From an uncultured delta proteobacterium (lineage in GTDB: Bacteria > Desulfobacterota > Binatia > UBA9968), in contig CAVWLW010000018.1 in assembly GCA_963755715.1 (NCBI GenBank), forward strand, positions 1 through 48,201: a stretch of 48,201 nt of DNA, written 5' to 3'. Position numbers and translations under genes: made by a program. Position 1 is the stretch's first letter; every line of letters begins with the position of its first letter. The notes under the pieces are model-generated. The model made no database searches. It worked only from the letters and a program-made list of their open reading frames with translations, and had not been told where the DNA came from. Shown here in pieces: positions 30,536-43,280 of this stretch.

Positions 30536-31543
30536 ATGAAGCCAAGACTCATGCTGCTGCTGTTGTTGATTTCCATGTTGGTTCCGGCATTTGCCTTCGC
30601 GCAGACGGCGGATTTGTTGAGCCAAGCGAAAAAAGAAGGTGAAGTTATTCTCTACACCACCATGACCGTGGGCGATTTCCAGCTTTTTAATAAAGCCGCC
30701 AAGGAAAAATACCCGTTTTTGAATATCCGCCATGTTTATCTCAGCTCGGCGCGCCAGACGGCGCGCGTGATGCAAGAATTTCGCGCCGGGCGGGTGCAAG
30801 CCGATGTGCTCGGCAACAGCCCGGAGACGCTGCTTTACTTGAAACAGCAGGGCGTGCTCGGATCGTATCGATCGCCGGAAGCCAAGAATCTCTTGAAGGG
30901 CGCTTGGGATCCCGACGGTTATTGGTCCGGGATCACCACCGATCTTCTGGTCACCGGCTTTAATCCCAAGTTGATTGCCAAAGCCGCGGCGCCGAAAAAC
31001 TATGACGAATATCTGCGGCCGCAATTCAAAGGTCAGCTCGCCGTCAACCGCGGCGTGCCTTATCCTTTGACCGGGATGGTTTCACTGCGCGGCGAAGAGC
31101 AGGGCATCGGCTATTTCAAAAAATTCTCGCAACAAGATTTGCGGCTGGTGGAAGGCTACACGCATACGATCAATTTAATGGCCGCCGGCGAGTATGCGCT
31201 GACGGCGTTCATGCAAGTCTCCAAGCTTGAGGCGATGAAGCGCAAGGAAGCTCCGGTGGACTGGCTGCCGAGCGCGCCAACCTTGGCGACGATCTCGACA
31301 GTTGCCATGATCAAAAATCCGCTCCATCCGGCGGCGGCGCAGTTGCTGATCGATTTCTACCTCTCGGCCGAAGGCCAGCACGGCCTGGCGGCGGCGGGGA
31401 AAATACCGCTACGCCGCGGTGTCAAAAGCCAATCGGGCGAAATTGATCAGTTGATAGAAAGCGGCAATTTTCATGTGATCGCACCCGAAGGGGGCTATGA
31501 CCGCTACATGAAAATCTATAACGATTATCTCAGTGTCAGATAA
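30536..31543 (+). CDS. Extracellular solute-binding protein (AfuA/Fe3+-like family)
   Basis: AKKEGEVILY, ADVL, P.AAQLLIDFYLS.EGQ; AGGAG RBS. Confidence 0.82.
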   Translation: MKPRLMLLLLLISMLVPAFAFAQTADLLSQAKKEGEVILYTTMTVGDFQLFNKAAKEKYPFLNIRHVYLSSARQTARVMQEFRAGRVQADVLGNSPETLLYLKQQGVLGSYRSPEAKNLLKGAWDPDGYWSGITTDLLVTGFNPKLIAKAAAPKNYDEYLRPQFKGQLAVNRGVPYPLTGMVSLRGEEQGIGYFKKFSQQDLRLVEGYTHTINLMAAGEYALTAFMQVSKLEAMKRKEAPVDWLPSAPTLATISTVAMIKNPLHPAAAQLLIDFYLSAEGQHGLAAAGKIPLRRGVKSQSGEIDQLIESGNFHVIAPEGGYDRYMKIYNDYLSVR

Positions 31544-31572
31544 AGCGCCGGCGCTAAGAGGGAGAACTCGGC

Positions 31573-32646
31573 ATGGCTACGGATGTGAAAGCGAGCAAGC
31601 GGGTCAATCATGAGAGGCTTGTGCGGTTTGTCCAAGCGGCTTTTGAAAAATTGGGCGTGCCAAACGCCGACGCGCAAATCGGTGCGGATGCGCTCGTGGC
31701 GGCGGATCTGCGCGGCGTCGACACCCACGGCGTGATTCGCTTTAGTCCGCAAGCTTGGTACGTCAAATGGTTGTCCGAAGGGTCGATGACTGCGCGGCCG
31801 AACATTCGGATGATTTCCGAAAGTGCTTCGACCGCGCTCATCGATGGTGACCGCGGCATGGGCATGGTCATCGGCCACCGCGCCATGGAGTTGGCGATCG
31901 CCAAAGCGAAACAATCCGGCATCGGCATGGTCGGCGTGCGCAACAGCCGGCATTACGGCATGTCCGCGTATTATGCGATGCAAGCGCTGCCGCACGATAT
32001 GATCGGTATCGCCATGACCAATGCGAGCCGGCAAGTGGTGCCGACGTTTGGCCGGGAAGCTCGGTTCGGCACCAACCCGATGTGTTTCGCGGTGCCGGCC
32101 GATAAAGAACTGCCGTTTGTCTTGGATATGGCGACGACGACCGCCGCCGCGGGTAAATTGGAGCTCGCCGCGCGCATGGAAAAAGCGATTCCGCTGGGCT
32201 GGGCGTTGAATGAGAACGCGCAAGCGACGGACGATCCCCGCGTCGCGCAAAAGGCGCGCAGGCTTTTACCCCTCGGCGGCTCGCGCGAAAGCGGCAGCCA
32301 TAAGGGTTACGGTTTGGCAATTGTGGTTGAGATTCTCTGCGGGGTGCTTACGGGCACACTCACTGCGCTCAACGCCGATCAAGATCCGCGCGGCCATTTT
32401 TTCGGCGCGATTCGGATCGACGCGTTTCGCCCTGTGGCGGAATTCAAACAAGACATGGATCGGCTGATCCGCGAATTAAAATCAACGCCGCCGATTGCCG
32501 GGCAGGATCGTGTTTACGTCGCCGGCGAAATTGAATTTGAAACCGCGGAGGAAAGATCCGAGCGCGGCATTCCGCTGCTGCCGTCGGTGCTGAAGGGCTT
32601 GCGGGATGTGAGTGAGCAGCTCGGCGTGCCGTATGATTTGGAATGA
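31573..32646 (+). CDS. Ldh_2-family oxidoreductase (malate/L-sulfolactate/ureidoglycolate dehydrogenase-like)
   Basis: ADLRGVDTHG, RNSRHYG, GTNPMCF, LDMATT, HKGYGL. Confidence 0.92.
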   Translation: MATDVKASKRVNHERLVRFVQAAFEKLGVPNADAQIGADALVAADLRGVDTHGVIRFSPQAWYVKWLSEGSMTARPNIRMISESASTALIDGDRGMGMVIGHRAMELAIAKAKQSGIGMVGVRNSRHYGMSAYYAMQALPHDMIGIAMTNASRQVVPTFGREARFGTNPMCFAVPADKELPFVLDMATTTAAAGKLELAARMEKAIPLGWALNENAQATDDPRVAQKARRLLPLGGSRESGSHKGYGLAIVVEILCGVLTGTLTALNADQDPRGHFFGAIRIDAFRPVAEFKQDMDRLIRELKSTPPIAGQDRVYVAGEIEFETAEERSERGIPLLPSVLKGLRDVSEQLGVPYDLE

Positions 32647-32670
32647 ACGTCGATTGCGCGGCCGCCATAC

Positions 32671-32698
32671 AGGGGCAAGCACAGGGGCTTGCCCCTAC
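32671..32698 (-). repeat. GTAG-type REP palindrome between convergent genes
   Basis: Minus strand GTAGGGGCAAGC-CCCTGT-GCTTGCCCCT, perfect 10-bp stem with a GTAG tail. Confidence 0.72.
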
Positions 32699-33703
32699 CT
32701 ACCTAAACATACCTGACGCAATCAGTTCTTTTACAAACCTGTCGTCGATGAATTGATCCCACTTGGTGCCTTTGGCCTTGGGATTCTCCGAGGATGCGAG
32801 CACGGCTTCAATGGCCGGTTGCGACGGCGCGGGAATTCTTTCCCAGGCGTTCTCGTAGGAGTCGAGCGCTTCGTTGAGCTGCGCCGGGTCGGTGATTTTA
32901 GTGTATTTCGACATGATGGCGACGGCGTCCGCACGGTTTTTGCGCAAGAAATCCAAGCCCTCAGCGGCGCTGCGCACGAAACGCCGAACCACTTCGGGAT
33001 TCGCGTTGATATACGAACGGCTCGTGCCGATGGAATGTTGCACGAAAGGAATTTTCAAAGCCGTGATGTTGAGCAGCTCCTTCAGGCCGAAATTTCGCGC
33101 AGTGAGCGTGCTCGGCGGCGCCAGCAGCGCCGCGTCGATGACGCCTTGCTGCAGCGCGGCGACCAACGCCGGTATTTCCTTCAAGTAAGCAAATTTCACA
33201 TCGACGTCGGGCTTGAGGCCGTTTTGCGTGAGCAGCATATGTCCTGCGATATCGGTGGGTGTGCCTTTATTCGTCGCGCCGAGGGTTTTGCCCGCCAGTG
33301 CCTTGATGTTCGCGATATCAGGCTTGCTATAGAGCGAAAAGACGAAAGTATTAACCGGACTCATGATGTAGACGGTATCCGAGCCGGCGAGATTCGCTTC
33401 TAAAATTTGCGGGCCGGCGGTGACAAAATTTACTTTCCCGCCGACCAGCGCCTGCACGGCTTGGTTGGTCGGAATATGGGTGAGATCGATGTTGACGCCG
33501 TTCTTTTTGAAAAAGTTTTTCTCTTGCGCAATCCAGAGATAAAGCGGATCGGTGGCGATGACGCCATAGACTGCGGTGGCTTGGAGGAGCGAACTTTCGG
33601 CGGCGTCACCGGTCCGGCATAGACCGAATAAGGCGCATAGGACCAATGACCATGTAGCACTAGGCTTGCAGAGTTTCACCGATCTCGTCCCCGTCGACAG
33701 CAC
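32699..33703 (-). CDS. ABC-type substrate-binding protein, NMT1/THI5-like
   Basis: FFKKNGVNI, LAGKTLG, QFIDDRFVKEL; start uncertain. Confidence 0.85.
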   Translation of the reverse strand: MLSTGTRSVKLCKPSATWSLVLCALFGLCRTGDAAESSLLQATAVYGVIATDPLYLWIAQEKNFFKKNGVNIDLTHIPTNQAVQALVGGKVNFVTAGPQILEANLAGSDTVYIMSPVNTFVFSLYSKPDIANIKALAGKTLGATNKGTPTDIAGHMLLTQNGLKPDVDVKFAYLKEIPALVAALQQGVIDAALLAPPSTLTARNFGLKELLNITALKIPFVQHSIGTSRSYINANPEVVRRFVRSAAEGLDFLRKNRADAVAIMSKYTKITDPAQLNEALDSYENAWERIPAPSQPAIEAVLASSENPKAKGTKWDQFIDDRFVKELIASGMFR

Positions 33704-33710
33704 CGCCAGC

Positions 33711-34310
33711 TCAATAACTGCCGCGGCTGATGACGACTTCTTTCAGCACCACCTCTTTAATCGGCCGGTCGCGCGAGTCGCGCGGCGTGTTGCCGATGGC
33801 GACGACAACTTCTTGACCCTTGATCACTTCACCGAAGACGCTGTGGCGATTGTCGAGATGCAGCGTCGGCGCGAGCGTGATGAAGAACTGGCTGCCGTTG
33901 GTATTGGGTCCGGCGTTGGCCATCGAGAGGATGCCGCCTCTGGTATGGCGCAGCTCGGAGTTGAATTCGTCGTCGAACTTGTACCCCGGTCCGCCGGTGC
34001 CGTTGCCGAGCGGGTCGCCGCCTTGAATCATGAAACCGGGAATGACCCGATGAAAAATCGTGCCGTTATAAAGCGGTCTTTTTACCTTCTCACCGGTCTT
34101 GGGATCGGTCCATTCCTTGGTGCCGCTTGCCAGGCCGATGAAATTTGCCACCGTCTTGGGCGCTTTGTCTTCGAACAATTGGATGACGATGTCGCCCATG
34201 CTGGTTTTCAGCGTGGCATAGACCGGCCCTTTCTTTTCAGGAGTTTCGGCCGCCGTCCCAATCGATGCACTGAGAAGCAATGCTGCTACGAGTAATGGTT
34301 TTACTAACAT
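33711..34310 (-). CDS. Cyclophilin-type peptidyl-prolyl isomerase (exported)
   Basis: [38 protein letters not shown]; signal peptide. Confidence 0.95.
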   Translation of the reverse strand: MLVKPLLVAALLLSASIGTAAETPEKKGPVYATLKTSMGDIVIQLFEDKAPKTVANFIGLASGTKEWTDPKTGEKVKRPLYNGTIFHRVIPGFMIQGGDPLGNGTGGPGYKFDDEFNSELRHTRGGILSMANAGPNTNGSQFFITLAPTLHLDNRHSVFGEVIKGQEVVVAIGNTPRDSRDRPIKEVVLKEVVISRGSY

Positions 34311-34317
34311 GAGTTCC

Positions 34318-35265
34318 TCATTTCTTTTCCAATTCGACCATAACTTCCTTGACGAAGCGCAAGTCCATGTATTCGCGCACCGGCCGCTTCGGTTGCACGT
34401 TCAAAGCAACGGATTGCCAGTGCGCCATGAGCTCGACGCCTTTTTCCGTGGGCACGGGAATCAACGCTTCCTTTACTAAATTGTAAGCGTCCACCGACAC
34501 GTCGCGTTCCATGCGCCAGTGTTTGATCATGGTTTGAATCGCGTCTTCGGGATAATCTCGGCTATGGATGACGCCGCGCACGATCGCGCGCACCATGCGC
34601 TTGACGAATTGCGGATTCTCTCTGATCGTTTTGCCGGTGGCGGCCAGACCGCTGAAAGAAGTGTCCTTGAAAAGATCGGCTAAATTGACCAGGCGCTTGA
34701 AGCCGGCTTTGATCGCGACGTAATCGGACGGCGGCGCGAGCAAGGCGGCCTGGATGATGCCTTGCTGCATGGCGGCGATCTTCGGCTGGCTGCCGGGAAT
34801 GCTCACGTACTGCACGTCCTTTTCCGGATTCATCTTATAGAGTTCGAGCAGCGCTTTGGTCCCAGCGAAAGTCGAGCCGCCGAAGCTGACGCCGATCTTT
34901 TTACCTTTAAGATCCGTTACTTTTTGAATGTCTTGAGTGACCACCATGGAAAAAGTCGGGCGGCCGATCATTTGCGCGAGCAAAATTATCTCAGCGCCTT
35001 CCCAAATAGACGGCATCTGCGGCCCGACTGAAAAGATAAAATGTATCTGATTGCCGAGCAGGGCCTGCACGGCGGTGACGGCGTTGCGCACCGAGATCAG
35101 CTCGGCGTCGAGCCCTTCGCGTTTGTAAAAACCTTTTTCCAAGGCGACGAACGCCGGCAGGAATTGCACGTTGGCGGAGGGATAGGCGCCGCGCACGGGT
35201 TCGGCCTGGGCTGTGTTCGCGCCCAGAATGATCCAAGTGATCAGAAGTAAGGAAAGCCGTGCCAT
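34318..35265 (-). CDS. ABC-type substrate-binding protein, NMT1/THI5-like
   Basis: Signal peptide, [18 protein letters not shown]. Confidence 0.85.
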   Translation of the reverse strand: MARLSLLLITWIILGANTAQAEPVRGAYPSANVQFLPAFVALEKGFYKREGLDAELISVRNAVTAVQALLGNQIHFIFSVGPQMPSIWEGAEIILLAQMIGRPTFSMVVTQDIQKVTDLKGKKIGVSFGGSTFAGTKALLELYKMNPEKDVQYVSIPGSQPKIAAMQQGIIQAALLAPPSDYVAIKAGFKRLVNLADLFKDTSFSGLAATGKTIRENPQFVKRMVRAIVRGVIHSRDYPEDAIQTMIKHWRMERDVSVDAYNLVKEALIPVPTEKGVELMAHWQSVALNVQPKRPVREYMDLRFVKEVMVELEKK

Positions 35266-35291
35266 GAGCGCCTTTTTGAACCGGTTCCCGG

Positions 35292-36260
35292 TCAGCGTGA
35301 TTCGCCCTTGAGTTCCTGAATGAGCGATAGGTCAAAAAATTTGTACGGCGGGATCGAGGCGAAAGCGGGGTCCTCATAGCTCATCGTGCGCAGCACGTTA
35401 ACGATGGCTTCTTCGGTCGGAAAAAGATCGGGCCGCGAATCGGCTCGCATGGTTTTATAAGCGTATTCCAAACTGTCGGCATCATCGATTTTCAGCACTT
35501 GCGCCATCACGGCGAGGGTCGAAGCTCTGTCCGCCATCATAAGCCGCACTGATTCGGCGAGTCCACGCAGATAATTTTTAACGACCTCACGATTCTTGTT
35601 CAGGAAGGAACGGCGCGTGATGTTGATGCCCCAAATATATTCAAGCGGCACCGGGATCACGGTGAGCCCGAGTTTCTCGGCTTGGCGCCCTTGCAGCGAA
35701 GATATAAGCGTGGCATCGAGATTGCCGGAAACCACCGCCGCGAGCCGTACCGCGGAGCCGCCGGAAAGCGGGATAATCTGCGCGTCGCTGCGATAGTCGA
35801 GCCCGACCTGGGCGAGCATGAACCGAATGTACGCGTCGGCGCGACCGCCGGCGCCGCTGGACGCGATCTTGCGGCCTTTTAGCTCCTTCAGCTCTTTGAT
35901 CTTGATCCGACTGGCAAGGCTGTATGGCGAGGAATTGTTCCACGAAGCGAGCCCGACCGCGTCCAAGCCTTGTTTGCCGAGGTAGAAAAGTCCCGTGGAG
36001 CTCGAAGTGAGAAACTGCACGCTATCGGACATGAGCGCCTGCATGTTCATTTGTTCGTTGCGGGTAGCGATGACCTCGACGGCGAGGCCATACTTACTGA
36101 ACACGCCCTTTTTTGCGCCAAGATAAATCGGCAGAGCGCCGGTGAGCGCGCCGGGAGTTGCGACCCGCAAAAGCGTTTGCGCGGCGCCCAAGCTTGGGCT
36201 CAGAAGGGATAGCAAAAGAACAATGGTGAAAATTGCGCGCCGATGCTGCATAATTGACAT
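35292..36260 (-). CDS. ABC-type substrate-binding protein, NMT1/THI5-like
   Basis: Signal peptide, GVFSKYGLAV, ELKGRKIA, FFDLS. Confidence 0.85.
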   Translation of the reverse strand: MSIMQHRRAIFTIVLLLSLLSPSLGAAQTLLRVATPGALTGALPIYLGAKKGVFSKYGLAVEVIATRNEQMNMQALMSDSVQFLTSSSTGLFYLGKQGLDAVGLASWNNSSPYSLASRIKIKELKELKGRKIASSGAGGRADAYIRFMLAQVGLDYRSDAQIIPLSGGSAVRLAAVVSGNLDATLISSLQGRQAEKLGLTVIPVPLEYIWGINITRRSFLNKNREVVKNYLRGLAESVRLMMADRASTLAVMAQVLKIDDADSLEYAYKTMRADSRPDLFPTEEAIVNVLRTMSYEDPAFASIPPYKFFDLSLIQELKGESR

Positions 36261-36263
36261 CCT

Positions 36264-36292
36264 AAGCTAAACAAAGTCGAAATGGGGGTCAA
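36264..36292 (-). promoter_or_regulatory. Putative sigma70 promoter of the SBP-SBP-cyclophilin-SBP run
   Basis: TTGACC-17 nt-TAGCTT directly upstream of the start codon. Confidence 0.45.
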
Positions 36293-36434
36293 GTCAATGG
36301 GGAATTTTCACCGGATGACGGCGTTCAGCGATGGAGGGCTCGATCTCGCGCCGGCAAGCAATGCGAAAATCGAACGGTGTGGCCGTTTGGCATGTCCGCC
36401 GCTGAATTTACGTTTAAATTGCCGACGCCGTGTT

Positions 36435-36463
36435 TTGACAATGAGTTTTCTGGATGTTATAGC
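36435..36463 (+). promoter_or_regulatory. Putative sigma70 promoter of bactofilin/atp
   Basis: TTGACA-17 nt-TATAGC with an extended -10 TG. Confidence 0.55.
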
Positions 36464-36492
36464 AAATTCTGCCCAAACGGGGGGGTGCAATA

Positions 36493-37074
36493 ATGGCTTG
36501 GTTTGATCGAAATACTGAGAGCAAGAAAGTTCCGGAAGCAGAGCCAAAAAAAATCGCGGAAGCGCCAAAACCGGTGACCGAACCGGCGCCGCTGGCCACG
36601 GCTCCCGAGCCCAAGCCCGTCGTTGCTGCCAAGGAAGTTGCTCCACCTCAGCCCGCTGAACCAGGATTGGTGGCTTACCTTTATAAAGGTAGCCGGGTGA
36701 GCGGCCAACTGAGTTTTCAGGGGCCCACTAGAATCGATGGCGCAGTCGATGGCGAGATTCAATGCCAAGGGACGCTGACCATCGGTGAGGGCGCGGAGAT
36801 TCGCGCCAAGATCTCCGGTCAAGTAGTGATTATTCGCGGCAAGGTCGAAGGTAATGTGACCGCCAAAGAGAAAGTCGAATTGACGGCACCGGCAAAGTTA
36901 ATTGGCAACGTCGACGCTCCCCGTTTGATCGTCACCGAGGGCGTGGTGTTTGACGGTAACTGCGCCATGGGAGTGGCAAAACAAAAGGGCGGATTCGTTA
37001 GTTCACCAAGTATCGGTGCGGACAAGGTTGCAGCGGTTCAAGCGCCAAAGCTGCAAGCCGATTTGAAAAATTAG
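36493..37074 (+). CDS. Bactofilin (polymer-forming cytoskeletal protein) with Pro/Ala/Lys-rich N-terminus
   Basis: GSRVSGQLSF…RIDGAVDGEI…GKVEGNV…EGVVFDGNC beta-helix pattern. Confidence 0.9.
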   Translation: MAWFDRNTESKKVPEAEPKKIAEAPKPVTEPAPLATAPEPKPVVAAKEVAPPQPAEPGLVAYLYKGSRVSGQLSFQGPTRIDGAVDGEIQCQGTLTIGEGAEIRAKISGQVVIIRGKVEGNVTAKEKVELTAPAKLIGNVDAPRLIVTEGVVFDGNCAMGVAKQKGGFVSSPSIGADKVAAVQAPKLQADLKN

Positions 37075-37106
37075 ACTTCGGTTCGCCGTTTTTTCCATCC
37101 CGAGAT

Positions 37107-37137
37107 CCTACGTTCATCATCGAAGGTAGGTTTTTTT
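37107..37137 (+). terminator. Terminator-like hairpin between bactofilin and atpF'
   Basis: CCTACgTTC-atcatc-GAAgGTAGG followed by T7. Confidence 0.55.
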
Positions 37138-37215
37138 AATTATTGGGGCCTTGGTTTTTGCCTCGCCCAAGCGAGCACGACACTCGCCGGCAGAGTCAAA
37201 AGCGGAAGTTGACGA

Positions 37216-37644
37216 ATGATTTCATTAGACCTCAGCATTCTTTATCAGATCATTCTGTTCGTTGCCCTATGGCTGATTCTCAATAAGATTCTATTTCAGC
37301 CTTATTTGCAGCTGCTCGAAGAGCGCGAGCGCCGGACCATCGGCGCCGAGCATGATTCCGCCGACTTGGAACATGAAGGCGCGCGTCTGCGCGCGCAATA
37401 CGAGGGAAAAATCGCGCAAGCACAGAGCGCCGCCTACGCCGCCAAAGACGCCATTTTGCAAGAGGCGCGGCAACAGCGCGAAAAAATTTTAGGGCAAGCG
37501 CGCGCAGAAGCTGCGAGCAAACTTGAACAGGCGCGACGCGAGATCGCCCTGGCGCTGGAAAAAGAAAAGGCGCTGGCCGCCGCTGAGACGGCGACGGTTG
37601 CCGGAGAAATGGTCAGTAAAGTGCTCGGAAGGAAGGTCGCGTGA
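37216..37644 (+). CDS. atpF: ATP synthase Fo subunit b'
   Basis: N-terminal TM helix, LNKILFQP…ERE, coiled coil; first gene of the atp cluster. Confidence 0.88.
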   Translation: MISLDLSILYQIILFVALWLILNKILFQPYLQLLEERERRTIGAEHDSADLEHEGARLRAQYEGKIAQAQSAAYAAKDAILQEARQQREKILGQARAEAASKLEQARREIALALEKEKALAAAETATVAGEMVSKVLGRKVA

Positions 37645-38192
37645 GCGTGCTCGAATTCTTCACGACGGCCCAGGCTTACGCATCCGCGGCGGCCGAAGCC
37701 GAGCATCACGCGCCGTCGATCAACGACATTTGGTTTCCACTCGCCAACTTTCTCATTTACGCTTTCATCATTGTCAAGTTTGCTTTCCCGCTAATCCGAG
37801 ATTTCCTCAAGTCGCGCCACGACGAAGTGGTTTCCACGGTCAGCCAGGCCGCCGCTAAAAAACAGGCGGCCGAGGCGCTGGTGAACGAATACCGCGCCAA
37901 ATTGTCCGGTCTCGATAGAGAAGTTCAGTCGATTCATGCTTCGCTGCGCGAGGAAGGCGAACGAGAAAAAAGAAAACTTGTCGGCGAGGCTCAGGCGACT
38001 GCGATCAAAATTCAAGAAGACGCCAATTTTCTGGCCGAGCAGGAAGTAAAAATGGCCCGGCAAAAACTGCGCGAAGAGATGGCGGATCAGGCCGAGGCGA
38101 CGGCGCGCCAACTCATCGAGCGCAATCTTTCCGGCGCCGATCAGAACCGTCTCGTGGACGATTTCATTCGGACGATCGGACAGAGTCGATGA
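37641..38192 (+). CDS. atpF: ATP synthase Fo subunit b
   Basis: NFLI TM helix, coiled coil, DQNRLVDDFI. Confidence 0.88.
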   Translation: MSVLEFFTTAQAYASAAAEAEHHAPSINDIWFPLANFLIYAFIIVKFAFPLIRDFLKSRHDEVVSTVSQAAAKKQAAEALVNEYRAKLSGLDREVQSIHASLREEGEREKRKLVGEAQATAIKIQEDANFLAEQEVKMARQKLREEMADQAEATARQLIERNLSGADQNRLVDDFIRTIGQSR

Positions 38193-38731
38193 TCGAAGGC
38201 AGCTTAAGTCGCAGGTACACCAAGGCGCTTTTTCAATTGGCCCGCGATGGTGGCCAAGAAGAAAAAATCGGCCAAGAGGTCGAGCAATTCTACGCGGCCT
38301 ACAGCGGTTCCGATCTGCAGCAGGTTCTCACGAATCCGGCATTCAGGATCGAGGCGCGCAAAAAGATTCTCAATCAGGTGACCGCAAGCCAGCAACTTTC
38401 GGCGTTGACGAGTCATTTCCTTTCTCTACTTTTGGATCGCGATCGTCTGCCTTATTTACCGGGCATCGTCAGTTGCTATCGCCGACTGCTCAATGAAGCC
38501 AAAGGGCGGATCGACGCCAAGGTCGTGAGCGCGAGCGCGGTCGAGCCTGAGCGGCTTGCCCAATTGAACGATCGTTTGCGCAGCATTTCGGGCAAAGACG
38601 TGGTTTTGCAGCAGGAAACCGATGCGAGCTTGCTCGGTGGCCTGCTGCTCGAATTGGAAGGAAAAATTTACGACGGCAGCATTCGTACGCAGCTTGAAAA
38701 CATGAAACAGCGCATCGTGCGCGGCTACTAA
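38189..38731 (+). CDS. atpH: ATP synthase F1 subunit delta
   Basis: [15 protein letters not shown]…YDGSIRTQL. Confidence 0.93.
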   Translation: MIEGSLSRRYTKALFQLARDGGQEEKIGQEVEQFYAAYSGSDLQQVLTNPAFRIEARKKILNQVTASQQLSALTSHFLSLLLDRDRLPYLPGIVSCYRRLLNEAKGRIDAKVVSASAVEPERLAQLNDRLRSISGKDVVLQQETDASLLGGLLLELEGKIYDGSIRTQLENMKQRIVRGY

Positions 38732-38742
38732 GGAGTCTGAAC

Positions 38743-40251
<1,509 letters not shown>

Positions 40252-40279
40252 GGTGGAAATTAAGGGTGCCACGGAGTTG

Positions 40280-40344
40280 TGTCATCCTGAGCGCATTGGC
40301 GAAGGATCTCGGTCGAGATTCTTCAGCTATTCCTCAGAATGACA
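40280..40344. repeat. Branched palindromic element TGTCATCCTGAG…CTCAGAATGACA
   Basis: Outer stem TGTCATCCTGAG/CTCAGAATGACA and inner stem GAAGGATCTCG/CGAGATTCTTC. Confidence 0.75.
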
Positions 40345-40364
40345 GCAAATAAGAATTAGCAGCC

Positions 40365-41231
40365 ATGGCGACACTAAAAATAATACGCAAGCGGATCAGC
40401 TCGGTGCGCAACACCCAGCAGATCACCAAGGCCATGAAGATGGTTTCGGCAGCCAAGCTGCGGCGCGCGCAAGACGCGGCGGTGGCGGCGCGGCCCTACG
40501 CCGAAAAGATGACCGAACTTTTAAAAAACGTCGCGGCGCGGGTGTCGAGCGAAGCGCATCCGCTGCTCCAGGCGCGTGAGGAAAAGAAGATCCAACTGGT
40601 TTTATTCACCTCCGACCGCGGGCTGTGCGGCGGTTATAATGCCAATCTGATTCGCGCGGCGGAAGCATTCATTCGGAAAAACGCCGGTGAAAAGGAAGTC
40701 GAATTGACGCTCGTTGGCCGTAAAGGCGCGGATCATTTTCGCCGCCGCCGAGCCAATATCGTCGACCGTTACATCGGCATTCTGGCGCCGCCTGCGGATG
40801 AGTTGGCGGCGGAGATCGGCCAGAAACTCATGGCGCGTTTTATCAACGGCGAGACCGACGCGGTCTATATACTTTACAGCCGGTTTCGCTCGGCGCTTTC
40901 CCAGGTGCCGACCTTGGAAAAGCTTCTGCCCGTAGCATTGAGCGAAACCAGCGATACCGAGGCGCAACAACTTACGGAATATTTATACGAGCCGGGAATC
41001 GAGCAACTGTTGGCGAGTCTCTTGCCGCGGATTACCGACGTGGCGATGCAGCGGGCGCTGCTCGAAGCGACGGCAAGCGAACACGGCGCGCGCATGACCG
41101 CGATGGATTCGGCTACCAGCAACGCCTCGAAGATGATCGGTAGTTTGACCCTGCAGATGAACCGGGCGCGCCAAGCGTCGATCACCCGCGAGCTGATGGA
41201 AATCGTCGGCACGGCGGAAGCGTTGAAATAG
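40365..41231 (+). CDS. atpG: ATP synthase F1 subunit gamma
   Basis: ITKAMKMVSAAK, SDRGLCGGYN, SEHGARMTAM, RQASITRELMEIV. Confidence 0.98.
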   Translation: MATLKIIRKRISSVRNTQQITKAMKMVSAAKLRRAQDAAVAARPYAEKMTELLKNVAARVSSEAHPLLQAREEKKIQLVLFTSDRGLCGGYNANLIRAAEAFIRKNAGEKEVELTLVGRKGADHFRRRRANIVDRYIGILAPPADELAAEIGQKLMARFINGETDAVYILYSRFRSALSQVPTLEKLLPVALSETSDTEAQQLTEYLYEPGIEQLLASLLPRITDVAMQRALLEATASEHGARMTAMDSATSNASKMIGSLTLQMNRARQASITRELMEIVGTAEALK

Positions 41232-41239
41232 CAAAATTT

Positions 41240-42736
<1,497 letters not shown>

Positions 42737-42738
42737 GA

Positions 42739-42826
42739 AGGCATCAGGCAATAGGCAACAGGCAATAGTAAGAAAAGGAAATTTCCAGGCCGGGGGCTAA
42801 TGCCTATTGCCTCATGCCTGTTGCCT
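42739..42826. repeat. Inverted heptamer-array hairpin (AGGCAAT / ATTGCCT, 4+4 units)
   Basis: AGGCATC AGGCAAT AGGCAAC AGGCAAT … AATGCCT ATTGCCT CATGCCT GTTGCCT. Confidence 0.8.
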
Positions 42827-42837
42827 AGGAAGTTGTA

Positions 42838-43254
42838 ATGGCAGACAAGATCAGACTTAGAGTGGTGACGCCGACCCGGCTGGTTCTGGATGAGGACGTC
42901 GATGAGGTAACCGCGCACGGGGAGTTGGGTGAGTTCGGTGTGTTGCCCAATCACATCGCTTTCTTATCGACCCTCGTCGCCGGCGAACTGACTTATAAGC
43001 AGGGCGCCACGAAAAGAACCCTGGCTGTGGGCGGCGGTTACGCCGAGGTTTTGGATAATGTTATGACTGTGCTGGCGCCGTCGGCGGAGTTTGCCGGCGA
43101 AATCGATGTAGCGCGCGCGCAACGCGCCAAGGAACGAGCCGAAAAGCAGTTGGCCCAGCTTAATCAGGAAGAAAAAGATCGGCAGACGGCCGAGACCGCG
43201 TTGCAGAGAGCTCTGGTACGGCTACAGGTTGCCAGCAAAGAAACAAGAAGATAA
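42838..43254 (+). CDS. atpC: ATP synthase F1 subunit epsilon
   Basis: VVTP, GEFGVLPNH, GGYAEV, helical C-terminus. Confidence 0.95.
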   Translation: MADKIRLRVVTPTRLVLDEDVDEVTAHGELGEFGVLPNHIAFLSTLVAGELTYKQGATKRTLAVGGGYAEVLDNVMTVLAPSAEFAGEIDVARAQRAKERAEKQLAQLNQEEKDRQTAETALQRALVRLQVASKETRR

Positions 43255-43280
43255 GAGATAAGGAAACAGGAGGAAATTTT

